From the IMG/VR virus record IMGVR_UViG_3300021962_009794: a stretch of DNA of 64,000 nt, one strand, 5' to 3'. Origin of the DNA: a virus. Taxonomy: Duplodnaviria; Heunggongvirae; Uroviricota; Caudoviricetes. The notes under the pieces were generated by a model that saw only the letters and a program-made list of their open reading frames with translations, was not told where the DNA came from and ran no database searches. Within the stretch, counting starts at the first letter, position 1. Every line of letters starts with the position of its first letter. This document shows positions 38,634 through 47,954 of the stretch, in pieces. Made by a program: the position numbers and the translations under genes.

Positions 38634-39218
38634 TTACTTTTTAGGCTTAGTGAGGTCTGCAAGGATCCAACGATCTCTATCTTCTAAAGGGATTTCGGAA
38701 AGATCAGTATAAGGAATTCTTTCCAGCTCCAGATAATTCTTTATTATCCCGTCCAATTTCATAATCTCCTCTTTGTTGTGGTATCTTATACCATCGTTCT
38801 GATCATCTTCCTCGAGGAAGGGTGGAACGTAGTAGATCTTATGCCACTGGTTTAGAGACTTAAGTATTTCCTTCTGAAGATGATTTATTGTTGCGATATC
38901 CTTCAGACTTAGATTGTGACTGAATAAAGATCTGAAGTAAAAGTAGTTTAGGATAGAACTAGAATCACAGATGATGAATTCTTTAGACCCAACATACATT
39001 CTTTCTCTTCCCAGTTGCTGGTAGAATATTATGATCTGATCAGTAGGAGTATTAGGTATTCCCCACTCTGCAATGTAGTCTGTTGCTGCTTCACCAACAA
39101 ATATAGAGTTTCTCTTTGATATCTTTAAGCTGTGATGAACTGAGGCTGCTAAAGTGCTTTTGCCTGATGATGGTGCTCCTATTATCGAAACTAAACGTGA
39201 CTCCTGATTCTCCTTCAT
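38634..39218 (-). CDS. P-loop NTPase/kinase (AAA_28-like)
   Basis: LVSIIGAPSSGKSTLA Walker A at the N-terminus. Confidence 0.5.
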   Translation of the reverse strand: MKENQESRLVSIIGAPSSGKSTLAASVHHSLKISKRNSIFVGEAATDYIAEWGIPNTPTDQIIIFYQQLGRERMYVGSKEFIICDSSSILNYFYFRSLFSHNLSLKDIATINHLQKEILKSLNQWHKIYYVPPFLEEDDQNDGIRYHNKEEIMKLDGIIKNYLELERIPYTDLSEIPLEDRDRWILADLTKPKK

Positions 39219-39340
39219 ATCATTGATTTATATTTGTTGTATCCAAAATTCTATAAAATGATCCAATAAAAGGTGGAAATTTATTTTTTTGTATCGGGAT
39301 TATTACTTAGGTTTGCGTCTATAAAATATAAAAAGAAAAA

Positions 39341-39895
39341 ATGGAAACAGGAAAAATCATTAAGTACTCGATTATTGCATTAGTTGCAATCGTGTTTGTT
39401 GGAATATTCTCCAGCGTAATCTCTACCTCGAATGAAGAAGTAGATTTAAGAAATCGATTCAAACAAAAAATGGATGAGCGTACAGCTTTCTATGACAAGA
39501 TGTGGAAGACGATTTCTCAAAAATCTCAAATCGCAATCAAGAACGATAGCTCATTCACTAACAACATTAATATCATCATGGCAGGGCGTAAGGATGCACA
39601 GGGGGTATTCATGAAGTGGGTTCAGGAGAGCAATCCTAATGCTAACTACGAAGCAGTTTCAGCTTTATATGCGGACTTAAGTCGTGCAGTAGAAGGCCAA
39701 CGGGACGGATTCTTCATGGAAGAAAAAATGATACAAGGAATCGTTTTAGAGCACGATAATATAATGTCAAAGTTCCCTTCAGGATTTATTCTATCAATGT
39801 TCGGAAGGAGCAAATTGGTTTACAAGCCAATCACCTCAGATAGAACTGACGGTGTTATCCAATCAGGTAAAGATAACGACGTAAACGTATTTTAA
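39341..39895 (+). CDS. membrane-anchored hypothetical protein
   Basis: N-terminal TM helix IIKYSIIALVAIVFVGIFSSVI. Confidence 0.5.
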   Translation: METGKIIKYSIIALVAIVFVGIFSSVISTSNEEVDLRNRFKQKMDERTAFYDKMWKTISQKSQIAIKNDSSFTNNINIIMAGRKDAQGVFMKWVQESNPNANYEAVSALYADLSRAVEGQRDGFFMEEKMIQGIVLEHDNIMSKFPSGFILSMFGRSKLVYKPITSDRTDGVIQSGKDNDVNVF

Positions 39896-39957
39896 TTACA
39901 CACAAAAATCGGGATCGATCCTAACGGGTTGATCCCTTTTTTATAAAAGAAAGAAAC

Positions 39958-41178
39958 ATGTCAATTTGGTTTTGTCTATTGATCCCCATTGTAGCAGCAT
40001 TAGTAATGCTCAAATGGTTCCCTAAGTATATGGCCTGGTGGGAGGGCGTCATTCCTTTAATTGTGTGTTTCGTTTTCATCGGTATATTTAAGTTCACCGT
40101 AGAAAAGGTAAGAGTAAATGATACAGAATATCACGGAGCTCTTATTGTAGAAGCAAGGTATTACGAGTATTGGGAAACGTATGTCCATAGGACCTGTACA
40201 AGAACAGTAAGCTGCGGTAAAAACTGCACAACAACAATATCGTATGACTGTTCGTATTGCGACGAAAATCCAGAACACTGGACGGTAGTAAACTCTCTAG
40301 GGAACGAATATGAAATATCTAAAGAGTTCTATGACTTTCTAGTAAAGAAATGGAAGGACACACCAGAATTCGTCGAGCTAAACAGAGATATCGACGACGG
40401 TGGATTTGGTTGCGGTAAAGATGGAGACATGTACAGGGTAAACTGGAATAAAGACCCAATGACAGCAGAAGCAACCACAACCGATCACTGGTACGAAAAC
40501 AGGGTTCAAGCTGCACACACAGCATTCGATTATCCGGAAGTTACCGAAGATGATGTTAAGAGCTATGGGTTATTCGATTACCCTGAACTAAAAGATCATC
40601 AACAAGAAACCGTATTAGGATTAGACAAAGTTAAATGGATGTCCAGACGCGAGTCAGATACAATGAAGCAATGGGCTAAATTTTTAAACGGGCATCTAGG
40701 AGTAAAGAAACATGCAAGGATCTATTTTCTATTCTTCACAGATAAGCCATCCTTATCGGCTAACATGCAGGAGGCTTATTGGGACGGAGGGAATGACAAT
40801 GAACTTGTAGTCTGTGTGGGATTAAGTAGCAAGACAAAGGAACTCCAATGGGTTCGTCCTTTTACTTGGTCGCCAGAAAGACGAATCATTCCAGACGTAA
40901 GAGAAATGATTATGGACCACAAGAAATTCAAACCTGACTATATCGCAGAATCTGTTTGGACAAATGTGGAAAAAGAATATAAAAGGAAGGACTTTAAAGA
41001 ATTTTCTTACATCACAGTAGAACCTCCAACTTGGGCTAAATGGACAACGTTCTTTATAACGTTAATCATAACAGGATTGGTGTGCTGGTGGGCGATCGCA
41101 AATGAAATTGATTCTGAATATGATCCAATAAAAGAATATTTTGTAAATAGAAGAAATAGAAATAACCATGGATATTAA
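39958..41178 (+). CDS. Cys-rich membrane protein (N- and C-terminal TM helices)
   Basis: TM helices at both ends; multiple Cys in the middle (CTRTVSCGKNCTT...CSYCDE). Confidence 0.55.
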   Translation: MSIWFCLLIPIVAALVMLKWFPKYMAWWEGVIPLIVCFVFIGIFKFTVEKVRVNDTEYHGALIVEARYYEYWETYVHRTCTRTVSCGKNCTTTISYDCSYCDENPEHWTVVNSLGNEYEISKEFYDFLVKKWKDTPEFVELNRDIDDGGFGCGKDGDMYRVNWNKDPMTAEATTTDHWYENRVQAAHTAFDYPEVTEDDVKSYGLFDYPELKDHQQETVLGLDKVKWMSRRESDTMKQWAKFLNGHLGVKKHARIYFLFFTDKPSLSANMQEAYWDGGNDNELVVCVGLSSKTKELQWVRPFTWSPERRIIPDVREMIMDHKKFKPDYIAESVWTNVEKEYKRKDFKEFSYITVEPPTWAKWTTFFITLIITGLVCWWAIANEIDSEYDPIKEYFVNRRNRNNHGY

Positions 41179-41590
41179 AAAATCAAGCCACCTAAATCGT
41201 CATTCAGATACGATAGTAGTTGAAAGAATATCGTTGACTGAATTTATAATGTCAGGATACTCTGATTTTTATCGGACTTCTCATACCGATGACAATAAGC
41301 TTATAATGTTTGATCCTCCAGGAGGACCTTACACCACAGCCAAACACGGAAATCAACCAGGAGCTGATATGGGTTACTATGAGGAAGAATGGAAAGGTCT
41401 TGTAGTGGAAACAATGAATTTTGTGGAGGATGGAATTAAATTAACCTGTTTCTATGAAACAAAAGTGGACTGGATTGACATAAAAGACAAGGGGGAATTT
41501 GACGAGGATCATGCTTTAAGCGAAGTTCTAAATGACATGATCAAAGATATAGACGTCGATGAACTATTAGATAACAAAGAAAATCAATAA
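41168..41590 (+). CDS. hypothetical acidic protein (140 aa)
   Basis: ORF. Confidence 0.5.
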   Translation: MDIKKSSHLNRHSDTIVVERISLTEFIMSGYSDFYRTSHTDDNKLIMFDPPGGPYTTAKHGNQPGADMGYYEEEWKGLVVETMNFVEDGIKLTCFYETKVDWIDIKDKGEFDEDHALSEVLNDMIKDIDVDELLDNKENQ

Positions 41591-41602
41591 CAAGTAAATA
41601 AT

Positions 41603-42286
41603 ATGAACTACAGATCAGAATTTGAAAAGTACGCTAGAAGCGAACACGGAATCTCCTCACTGAGATTGGATTACTTCGATAAAAGAATCCAATCGTCAAT
41701 GACGCCTTATATCTTAGAGGAAAGAGAAATGAGAGTTACTCAGATGGATATCTTCTCACGTTTAATGAGAGATCGCATTCTTTGGGTTGCTGGAGGAGTT
41801 GATGATGACATGTCGACTGTGGTTCAGGCTCAGCTGATGTTTTTAGATTCTGTTGACGACAGAGACATCACTATGCACATCGATTCACCAGGTGGATCTG
41901 TTAAGTCCGGTCTATCTATGATTGATGTTATGGAATACATCGCATGTGACATCAGAACAGTAAATACCGGAATGGCAGCATCAATGGGATCTGTTTTATT
42001 GGGAGCAGGTACTAAAGGTAAAAGAAGCTCTTTGAGATTCAGTAAGGTGATGCTTCACCAATCAAGCGGAGGATTTAGAGGAAATATCCAGGATGCAAAG
42101 ATTGATATGCAAGAGTGGGAAGAGGTTAACAAGATTCTTTTCGATCTTCTTGGAAGTTACTGCGGTAAGAAACCAGAGCAGGTCATGAAAGATGCAACTA
42201 GAGATTTCTGGTTAAGTGCAGAAGAGGCAGTAAAATACGGAATCATTGATGAAGTAGTTCTCAAGAAGGAGAAAAAAAGAAAATAA
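41603..42286 (+). CDS. clpP: ATP-dependent Clp protease proteolytic subunit ClpP
   Basis: Canonical ClpP blocks: RDRILWVAGGVDD, AQLMFLDS, IDSPGGSV, GMAASMGS (catalytic Ser), MLHQSSGG (His). Confidence 0.85.
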   Translation: MNYRSEFEKYARSEHGISSLRLDYFDKRIQSSMTPYILEEREMRVTQMDIFSRLMRDRILWVAGGVDDDMSTVVQAQLMFLDSVDDRDITMHIDSPGGSVKSGLSMIDVMEYIACDIRTVNTGMAASMGSVLLGAGTKGKRSSLRFSKVMLHQSSGGFRGNIQDAKIDMQEWEEVNKILFDLLGSYCGKKPEQVMKDATRDFWLSAEEAVKYGIIDEVVLKKEKKRK

Positions 42287-42711
42287 TGCAATCCATAGTT
42301 AACCGTAAGGCCAGATTTGAATACACGTTTATTGACACCTACACTGCGGGGATATGCCTAATTGGCTCCGAAGTTAAGGCTATCAAAGACGGCAGGGCTT
42401 CTATGGTTGACACATATTGCATTTTTAATAAAGAAGAACTTTGGGTTAAGGGACTAGGGATAACTCCTGGTCCTGGCTCATTTCAGCACGAAGCACTCAG
42501 GGACAAGAAACTTCTACTGAGAAAGAAAGAGCTAAAAAAGCTGAGATCGTCTTTGGATAAAGGTCTTACGATAATACCTGTTAAGATATTCGTAAACGAA
42601 AAGAATAGGTTAAAGATGGAAATAGCTTTAGCTAGAGGTAAGAAGCTTTATGACAAAAGGGAATCTATTAAGGAAAGGGATATAGAGAGGGACATGAGAA
42701 GGAACGATTAA
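42286..42711 (+). CDS. smpB: SsrA-binding protein SmpB
   Basis: NRKARFEYTFIDTYTAGICLIGSEVKA...KLLLRKKEL...KIALARGKKLYDKRESIKERD aligns with bacterial SmpB along its whole length. Confidence 0.85.
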   Translation: MQSIVNRKARFEYTFIDTYTAGICLIGSEVKAIKDGRASMVDTYCIFNKEELWVKGLGITPGPGSFQHEALRDKKLLLRKKELKKLRSSLDKGLTIIPVKIFVNEKNRLKMEIALARGKKLYDKRESIKERDIERDMRRND

Positions 42712-43286
42712 GTCCATCTCATAATATCGGTTGCTCTATTATAAAGGCTAACCAATTTATTTAGATCCTGTTCAGTCTTACCAATTTTCTTCAAGAATGA
42801 CTCTTTGGATTTTAAATCCAGATCTTTATAGATACCCATAAAGATTTCGACATCTTCTTTATAGATAGATTCCAGATAATTTTCTATATTAGGGATTTTA
42901 GATAGGTCAAACGGTATGCCTTGTTTATTATATCTTTTTCTAGCCCAGTTAACAAGATATGCAAATCGGGCATTCCAATCTGCCAAAGATACGATATTTG
43001 AATTAAAATTCTTTAATATGTGAGGTGCACCCTTTCCAAACATGCCTTTAATAGTTTTTCTAACCGGACCGTTACCATAGATAGTTATACATTCAGATGG
43101 ATCACTCATATAAAGAACATCATTATAGATTCTCATATTACCATGTCTCCATATTGTAGATGAAGTGCTATCATAAAATCCAAGCTTTTCTAACAACTTA
43201 AATAGTGGCAACCTTTTAACATCATCAATCGTATAATTATACGAAGAAGACTCAAATAAGGCAAAAGTTTGGAGATTTTTCATCAC
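42708..43286 (-). CDS. hypothetical protein with MMKNLQTFALFES propeptide-like N-terminus
   Basis: ORF; TATATATC motif at 43290-43297 just upstream. Confidence 0.5.
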   Translation of the reverse strand: MMKNLQTFALFESSSYNYTIDDVKRLPLFKLLEKLGFYDSTSSTIWRHGNMRIYNDVLYMSDPSECITIYGNGPVRKTIKGMFGKGAPHILKNFNSNIVSLADWNARFAYLVNWARKRYNKQGIPFDLSKIPNIENYLESIYKEDVEIFMGIYKDLDLKSKESFLKKIGKTEQDLNKLVSLYNRATDIMRWT

Positions 43287-43289
43287 AGT

Positions 43290-43297
43290 TATATATC
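43290..43297 (-). promoter_or_regulatory. GATATATA-type promoter-like motif (minus orientation)
   Basis: 4 nt upstream of the minus-strand start at 43286. Confidence 0.3.
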
Positions 43298-43420
43298 ATT
43301 AAAATAATAGAATGGAATACTTTGACCTCATATGCAATATAATAGTAGCAATACTAGGAATTTTTGGCTTATCACTATTCCTGTTTGTTATCATAAGAGA
43401 TAATTTTTTTAAAAACAACA

Positions 43421-43603
43421 ATGAAAGCAAAAGTAATAACATCGAAGACGGTTCAGGAAGCGATGAATACCTATGGTGAAGAATCGGTAAAAACCATCTT
43501 CGATCTCATCCAAAACAAGTCTCCGAGAGCGGTAATGGACGATTTAGAGGATGAAAATTTGAAAAAATGCCTTCTTTTTTTACTAAATAACGATATCGAT
43601 TGA
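43421..43603 (+). CDS. hypothetical small protein (60 aa)
   Basis: ORF; an alternative overlapping 55-aa TM ORF at 43312..43479 cannot be excluded. Confidence 0.3.
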   Translation: MKAKVITSKTVQEAMNTYGEESVKTIFDLIQNKSPRAVMDDLEDENLKKCLLFLLNNDID

Positions 43604-43700
43604 CAAAAAAGATGAAACATTATTAATTTGACCTGGTATAACGAACGTAACCCTATCGAGGTTGATCATAGATCTTTTTAGGTGTTTGTTTTGGTTCACG

Positions 43701-43732
43701 CCTCCAGGATTGGTTTCCTGGAGGTTTTTTTT
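43701..43732 (+). terminator. rho-independent terminator
   Basis: cctccagga-ttggttt-cctggagg hairpin followed by TTTTTTTT. Confidence 0.65.
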
Positions 43733-43762
43733 GATATATAGTAAACAAATAATTCAATATAA

Positions 43763-44140
43763 ATGAGACATCTAAAAGAATTCGGAAAATTAAATGAAGG
43801 CATGGCTAGAAACACCATGGTGGATTTTGAAGGCGAGGAATTTAATCTCAAAGGATTTAACTTCATAGTGGATTTTCAAGCTGAGGGTACAACCTATTTT
43901 GAGGCTCCAGAAAAGGAGGAAGGACACGGATTTCATGATGTAGGGGGTGGAGTTATCGTAGAGGACATAGGAATAACCATAAATAATCTCGAAGTTGATG
44001 TACTAGATACCTACATACCAGTTAAAGATCCATCAGTAATGGGTGTAATAGAAAGATATCTAGCAAACGAAGATTTCGTTTATGATGCTTTATCAGAAGC
44101 TCATGACGGAGAAGAAGAACCGGACTATCCCGAAGAATAA
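43763..44140 (+). CDS. hypothetical acidic protein (125 aa)
   Basis: ORF. Confidence 0.55.
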   Translation: MRHLKEFGKLNEGMARNTMVDFEGEEFNLKGFNFIVDFQAEGTTYFEAPEKEEGHGFHDVGGGVIVEDIGITINNLEVDVLDTYIPVKDPSVMGVIERYLANEDFVYDALSEAHDGEEEPDYPEE

Positions 44141-44167
44141 GGTGTAACCAAATCAAACACCGAGATA

Positions 44168-44203
44168 GGGATTAGCTTTAGTTAGCTGATCCCTTTTCTT
44201 TTT
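44168..44203 (+). terminator. putative rho-independent terminator
   Basis: gggattagc...gctgatccc stem followed by TTTTCTTTTT after the stop at 44140. Confidence 0.5.
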
Positions 44204-44567
44204 CAATTTTTGCAAGCAAGAAATACAGAACAAAGAAGGAGGCAGAAGCCATATAGAATAAGATGTCTGTGATTAAATACGAACCCGTCCACTTGGTAAC
44301 GATCGCAAAGAGTGCGTCGAATCCCAAGGGATTGAAAAACGTCGCCAGTATGAGTGCTATTGTTTTTAGTCTCTTTAATTTCATTAGTCGTTTTACTGCT
44401 GGGATCGTCCATAGTGGAAAATATTTTAACGTTTTAGCTCCTTAGTGGAAAAAATTCGCGGGATTCGAGTTATCCAATCCTATATATTGGAAAAGTTTAT
44501 CTTTTTTTGGAGAAAAATTTTTTTAAACCGAAACGGTTTGTTAAATTTGAGTATAATTAATAACAAA

Positions 44568-44642
44568 GGTCCCTTAGCTCAGTTGGTCAGTAGCGGCGGC
44601 CTCATAAGCCGAAGGTCACAGGTTCAAGTCCTGTAGGGACCA
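44568..44642 (+). tRNA. tRNA-Met (anticodon CAU; could be elongator Met or a lysidine-modified Ile2)
   Basis: Hand fold: acceptor GGTCCCT/AGGGACC; anticodon stem GCGGC/GCCGA with loop CTCATAA; T-arm ACAGG-TTCAAGT-CCTGT; discriminator A; no encoded CCA. Confidence 0.65.
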
Positions 44643-44725
44643 CAAAGTGTTGTCACCTTGAGAAAGTGATGTTATATAGTGGCTTTGACTGAGTGCCAAC
44701 AACACTAAGGGGTTCTCTCCCTTAA

Positions 44726-44802
44726 TACTCGGGTATCTCCTCATGCTTATACCATGTAGAAAGAGTAATTGGTTACATAAGGGTTCAAGTCCCTTCCCGA
44801 GT
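44726..44802 (+). tRNA. tRNA-like element (canonical acceptor and T arm, unresolved core)
   Basis: ACTCGGG/CCCGAGT acceptor, AAGGG-TTCAAGT-CCCTT T-arm, discriminator A. The 45-nt core does not fold into canonical D and anticodon arms by hand, and is preceded by a structured 85-nt spacer with nested hairpins. Confidence 0.35.
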
Positions 44803-44826
44803 ACAAAAACAAATTAAAAAAATAAT

Positions 44827-45144
44827 ATGCCAGAGTTTAGCACAGATGTGGACATAGATCCAAGTGAATTCGTAAGCGAATGCGGTAGAGCAGAAAAAAT
44901 TGAATTGATCGATCTAGTAGTCGAGGAATGTGCAGACGACACAGGGCTTAAGAAAGAGCTGATCAAGAGCATCAGAGAATACTTCCCGCAAAGTGCTCGG
45001 GAAATAATAGATCCAGCTACATCTTCTAAGAATACATTCATGCACGATGAGTTTTTAGGCAGTTTAAATAAGCTTAGCGAAGCTTATTACCGTTTATCTA
45101 ATGAAGATATTGAAAAGATAAACGAGCTCGCTAAACGCTTTTAA
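44827..45144 (+). CDS. hypothetical protein (105 aa)
   Basis: ORF. Confidence 0.5.
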   Translation: MPEFSTDVDIDPSEFVSECGRAEKIELIDLVVEECADDTGLKKELIKSIREYFPQSAREIIDPATSSKNTFMHDEFLGSLNKLSEAYYRLSNEDIEKINELAKRF

Positions 45145-45170
45145 ACGAGCTTTATCCGATATATAGGATT

Positions 45171-45851
45171 ATGAATGTCCTTAACTACAATCAATTCTCA
45201 AATCTCTCCGAATCGGACGGAGGGAAATCTTATACATTTGACGAACTATCACCCGAGGCTAAAAAAAATGCCATAGAGAAGAACCGTGATTATGACATCG
45301 AATCTTACGATTGGTGGGAACCTATCATCGAAGGATTTACTGGGGATCTGGAGGAGATCGGCATGATCAATGTGGACTGCCAGTTTTCTGGATTCTATTC
45401 ACAGGGTGACGGCGCATCTTTCACCGGAAGGGTATCGGACAATAGAAAATTTCTTAAATCTGTAGGGGTTACACCAGAGCTGGTTGGACTTGGTAGCAAA
45501 ATTTCAAGCAAATTTGAAAATGTACTAAACGAGATCTCGGATAACCTATACATCACAATACAGAGAGAAAGCAATAGACACTACCACAGCAAAACCGTTT
45601 CAGCTTTAGTTGAAGTTGACGGGGAAGATGAGATTGAGCTTGATCTTGGTCTGGGTATGATAATAGAGATAGATCTTAACGACGTTTGCGAAAAAATAGA
45701 GCCCGTAATTACAGATTGGGCTCAGAAAAAAAGTGACGATCTATACACAAAACTAGAGAGTCATTATGAGGAATTAATGTCAGACGAAAATATAGAATCC
45801 AATTTGAGATCAGGTGGTCATGAATTTGATGAAGAAGGAAACATGATATAA
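45171..45851 (+). CDS. hypothetical protein (226 aa)
   Basis: ORF. Confidence 0.55.
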   Translation: MNVLNYNQFSNLSESDGGKSYTFDELSPEAKKNAIEKNRDYDIESYDWWEPIIEGFTGDLEEIGMINVDCQFSGFYSQGDGASFTGRVSDNRKFLKSVGVTPELVGLGSKISSKFENVLNEISDNLYITIQRESNRHYHSKTVSALVEVDGEDEIELDLGLGMIIEIDLNDVCEKIEPVITDWAQKKSDDLYTKLESHYEELMSDENIESNLRSGGHEFDEEGNMI

Positions 45852-45900
45852 AAGAAGAAACAAAAAGATAATTCTAAGTATAAACCTAAAATCCACCCAC

Positions 45901-46086
45901 ATGGCAAGACAAAAGAAAAAACCCGAAGTCGAATTAAACGACGACATTAATTGGGATTATGATTCTTATCAGGGGAGATCTAGAAGACAAGTTGTCAATA
46001 ACGAAAACGTTGCCTACTATGTAATATTAGCTACGGTAGGATTCGGTATTGGGATTCTTTTCTATTGGATCGTTTCTAGTATTTAA
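45901..46086 (+). CDS. small C-terminal-TM protein
   Basis: 61-aa ORF with hydrophobic tail VAYYVILATVGFGIGILFYWIV. Confidence 0.45.
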   Translation: MARQKKKPEVELNDDINWDYDSYQGRSRRQVVNNENVAYYVILATVGFGIGILFYWIVSSI

Positions 46087-46103
46087 TCTTCTCCAATTAA
46101 TTA

Positions 46104-46128
46104 AAAGCACTCATTGAGTGCTTTTTTT
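46104..46128 (+). terminator. rho-independent terminator
   Basis: gcactc-att-gagtgc hairpin followed by TTTTTTT. Confidence 0.7.
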
Positions 46129-46187
46129 GTGGGTTTTATTTTTTTATCCCGTGAATTTAGATTATCTTTGGTAAAATTAAACACAAA

Positions 46188-46604
46188 ATGGTAGAAGAAA
46201 CTTTTGACATAAACGAGATCATAGGTATAAAACTGACCGAAGAAAGTGAAGTAGGGCGCTACAAATGGGTAGATGCCATACCAGAAAAGAGAATATTTTT
46301 CGGACTGATTAAAACCCAATCAGCAGTTCCCGCAGGATTCTTGGATCTGCACTCATGGGAAGGTGAAATATACACTGTGGAAGAGCTAGAAGAATATGGC
46401 TACAAAGTTTACATCATGGACGAAAGAATCATTAGCAAACTTTTACCCCAAGAACCTATGGTTTTTCGCAAACCCCACGTAAAAATTTATCTATCTCACG
46501 AACTTACCGTAGCGAAAGTATTCGAAACCAATAGGGAAGCTCGGTCTTGGGTAGACCAATTGAAATTAAAATCTGGAAAAACATTTGAAACAGTAGTCCG
46601 CTAA
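46188..46604 (+). CDS. hypothetical protein (138 aa)
   Basis: ORF. Confidence 0.55.
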   Translation: MVEETFDINEIIGIKLTEESEVGRYKWVDAIPEKRIFFGLIKTQSAVPAGFLDLHSWEGEIYTVEELEEYGYKVYIMDERIISKLLPQEPMVFRKPHVKIYLSHELTVAKVFETNREARSWVDQLKLKSGKTFETVVR

Positions 46605-46613
46605 AAAAACAAC

Positions 46614-47663
46614 ATGGAAAAGAAAAATATTTGGAATCAGGACGGTAACACATTTACCCTCGGAGAAACAACTAAGCACATCAAAACTCTCCCAGCAGGA
46701 GTGTATGTGTTGAATAAAAGCATGTTCGGATTTTATCTCGATAGGATAGAAGGGAAGTTCGAGTTTGGCCACAAACTATACGGCTTGGAAACAGCTCTTA
46801 TTGATCGTGTTATCAAAACATGGAACTCGACCAATAAGAATTTGGGTGTGCTTCTAAACGGTCTCAAAGGAACCGGTAAGACGGTAACTGCTAAAGTGAT
46901 CTGCAACAAACTAAATCTACCGGTTATTCTGATCAATGAAAATCCAGAAGGAGGAGGGATTCCCGATTTCCTAAACGAAATCGAACAAGATGTGATCGTG
47001 ATGATGGACGAGTACGAAAAAGTATTTGGCGAGGATGCAGAACTTTTGACTGTGATGGATGGAGTATTAACATCGACTTCCAGAAAGCTATTCATGCTTA
47101 CCACAAACAACACCTACATCAACGAAAACCTTTTACAAAGACCTAGCAGGATCCGATACCAAAAAACTTTCAAAGATCTTTCGCCAGAGGTCATTGAAGA
47201 GATTGTGGACGATCTTCTTAAGTACAAGAAGCACAAGGGAGAGCTAATCTCTTCAATATCTAATCTTGAGGTGATCACAATCGATGTTGTCAAATCTATT
47301 ATCGAGGAGATCAACATTCATAACGAGCCACCTTCAGTTTTCATGGACGTCTTTAACGTTAAAAAGATCACTGGGAAGTACACAGTGACCAAATTAACCG
47401 AAATGAAAGGCGGAGAGATTATAGAAGAGATCTTACACAAAGGTGTTAGGATCTATCCTAGAGAATTCGACGAGGATTACGTTGGAAGATACTTCGAAAT
47501 AGACGGGGATTATATAGGACAGATAACAAAGGTTCTGGACACGGATGTGATCGCAATCAAACCGAACAAAAGGGGAGCTAAAGAAATTATACTAAAGATT
47601 TCAGACTACAACTCCATCCACAAGAATTTCAAGTACAAAAATTTCGAACATCTCGTTTTCTAA
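46614..47663 (+). CDS. AAA+ family ATPase
   Basis: Walker A LNGLKGTGKTVTAK; Walker B VIVMMDEYEK. Confidence 0.6.
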   Translation: MEKKNIWNQDGNTFTLGETTKHIKTLPAGVYVLNKSMFGFYLDRIEGKFEFGHKLYGLETALIDRVIKTWNSTNKNLGVLLNGLKGTGKTVTAKVICNKLNLPVILINENPEGGGIPDFLNEIEQDVIVMMDEYEKVFGEDAELLTVMDGVLTSTSRKLFMLTTNNTYINENLLQRPSRIRYQKTFKDLSPEVIEEIVDDLLKYKKHKGELISSISNLEVITIDVVKSIIEEINIHNEPPSVFMDVFNVKKITGKYTVTKLTEMKGGEIIEEILHKGVRIYPREFDEDYVGRYFEIDGDYIGQITKVLDTDVIAIKPNKRGAKEIILKISDYNSIHKNFKYKNFEHLVF

Positions 47664-47672
47664 ATTATTAAT

Positions 47673-47954
47673 ATGTCTAGACTATTCAACTACTCAGGAG
47701 ATATTCAGGTCATCGGAGATGTTATCTCCGTTACGGATAACTCAGGGGACAATCATGTTATATCACAAATCTCTTCAAGAGATAGGATGAACGATATTGA
47801 GAATGAAATCAGCCAAATGCACCTTCTTCTCAATAAACTATGTCCTGGCACCTACGGAGCTATCGGATTAGGTCCAACTGTAGCGGAGAGGTTTGAAGAG
47901 TTTCTGAAAACAGGTCCTGAGTGGGTAAGCGTGAAAAAGGAAGAAAATAAATAG
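47673..47954 (+). CDS. hypothetical small protein
   Basis: ORF. Confidence 0.45.
   Translation: MSRLFNYSGDIQVIGDVISVTDNSGDNHVISQISSRDRMNDIENEISQMHLLLNKLCPGTYGAIGLGPTVAERFEEFLKTGPEWVSVKKEENK

Noticed and set aside
41603-42286. ClpP as the prohead protease responsible for the LxE propeptide cleavage
   Set aside because: The sequence is a near-canonical ATP-dependent ClpP with all housekeeping blocks, and it is paired with SmpB. T4-type LxE processing is done by a gp21-like herpesvirus-fold protease, which is not seen in this window. Assignment left open.
44178-44384. 68-aa minus-strand membrane-protein ORF, reported only at low confidence
   Set aside because: Its 3' end overlaps the plus-strand terminator hairpin at 44168-44203, and it lies alone against the transcription direction with no promoter motif. 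It is therefore kept out of the feature list and not treated as a firm gene.
44643-44810. A complete tmRNA gene partnering the phage SmpB
   Set aside because: The region has a tRNA-like acceptor and T-arm, but only 45 nt separate them, which is too short for a resume codon, tag ORF and pseudoknots. No tmRNA-like GGGG...CCACCA terminal pairing with a 300-nt body was found by eye. Left as a tRNA-like element pending a covariance-model search.
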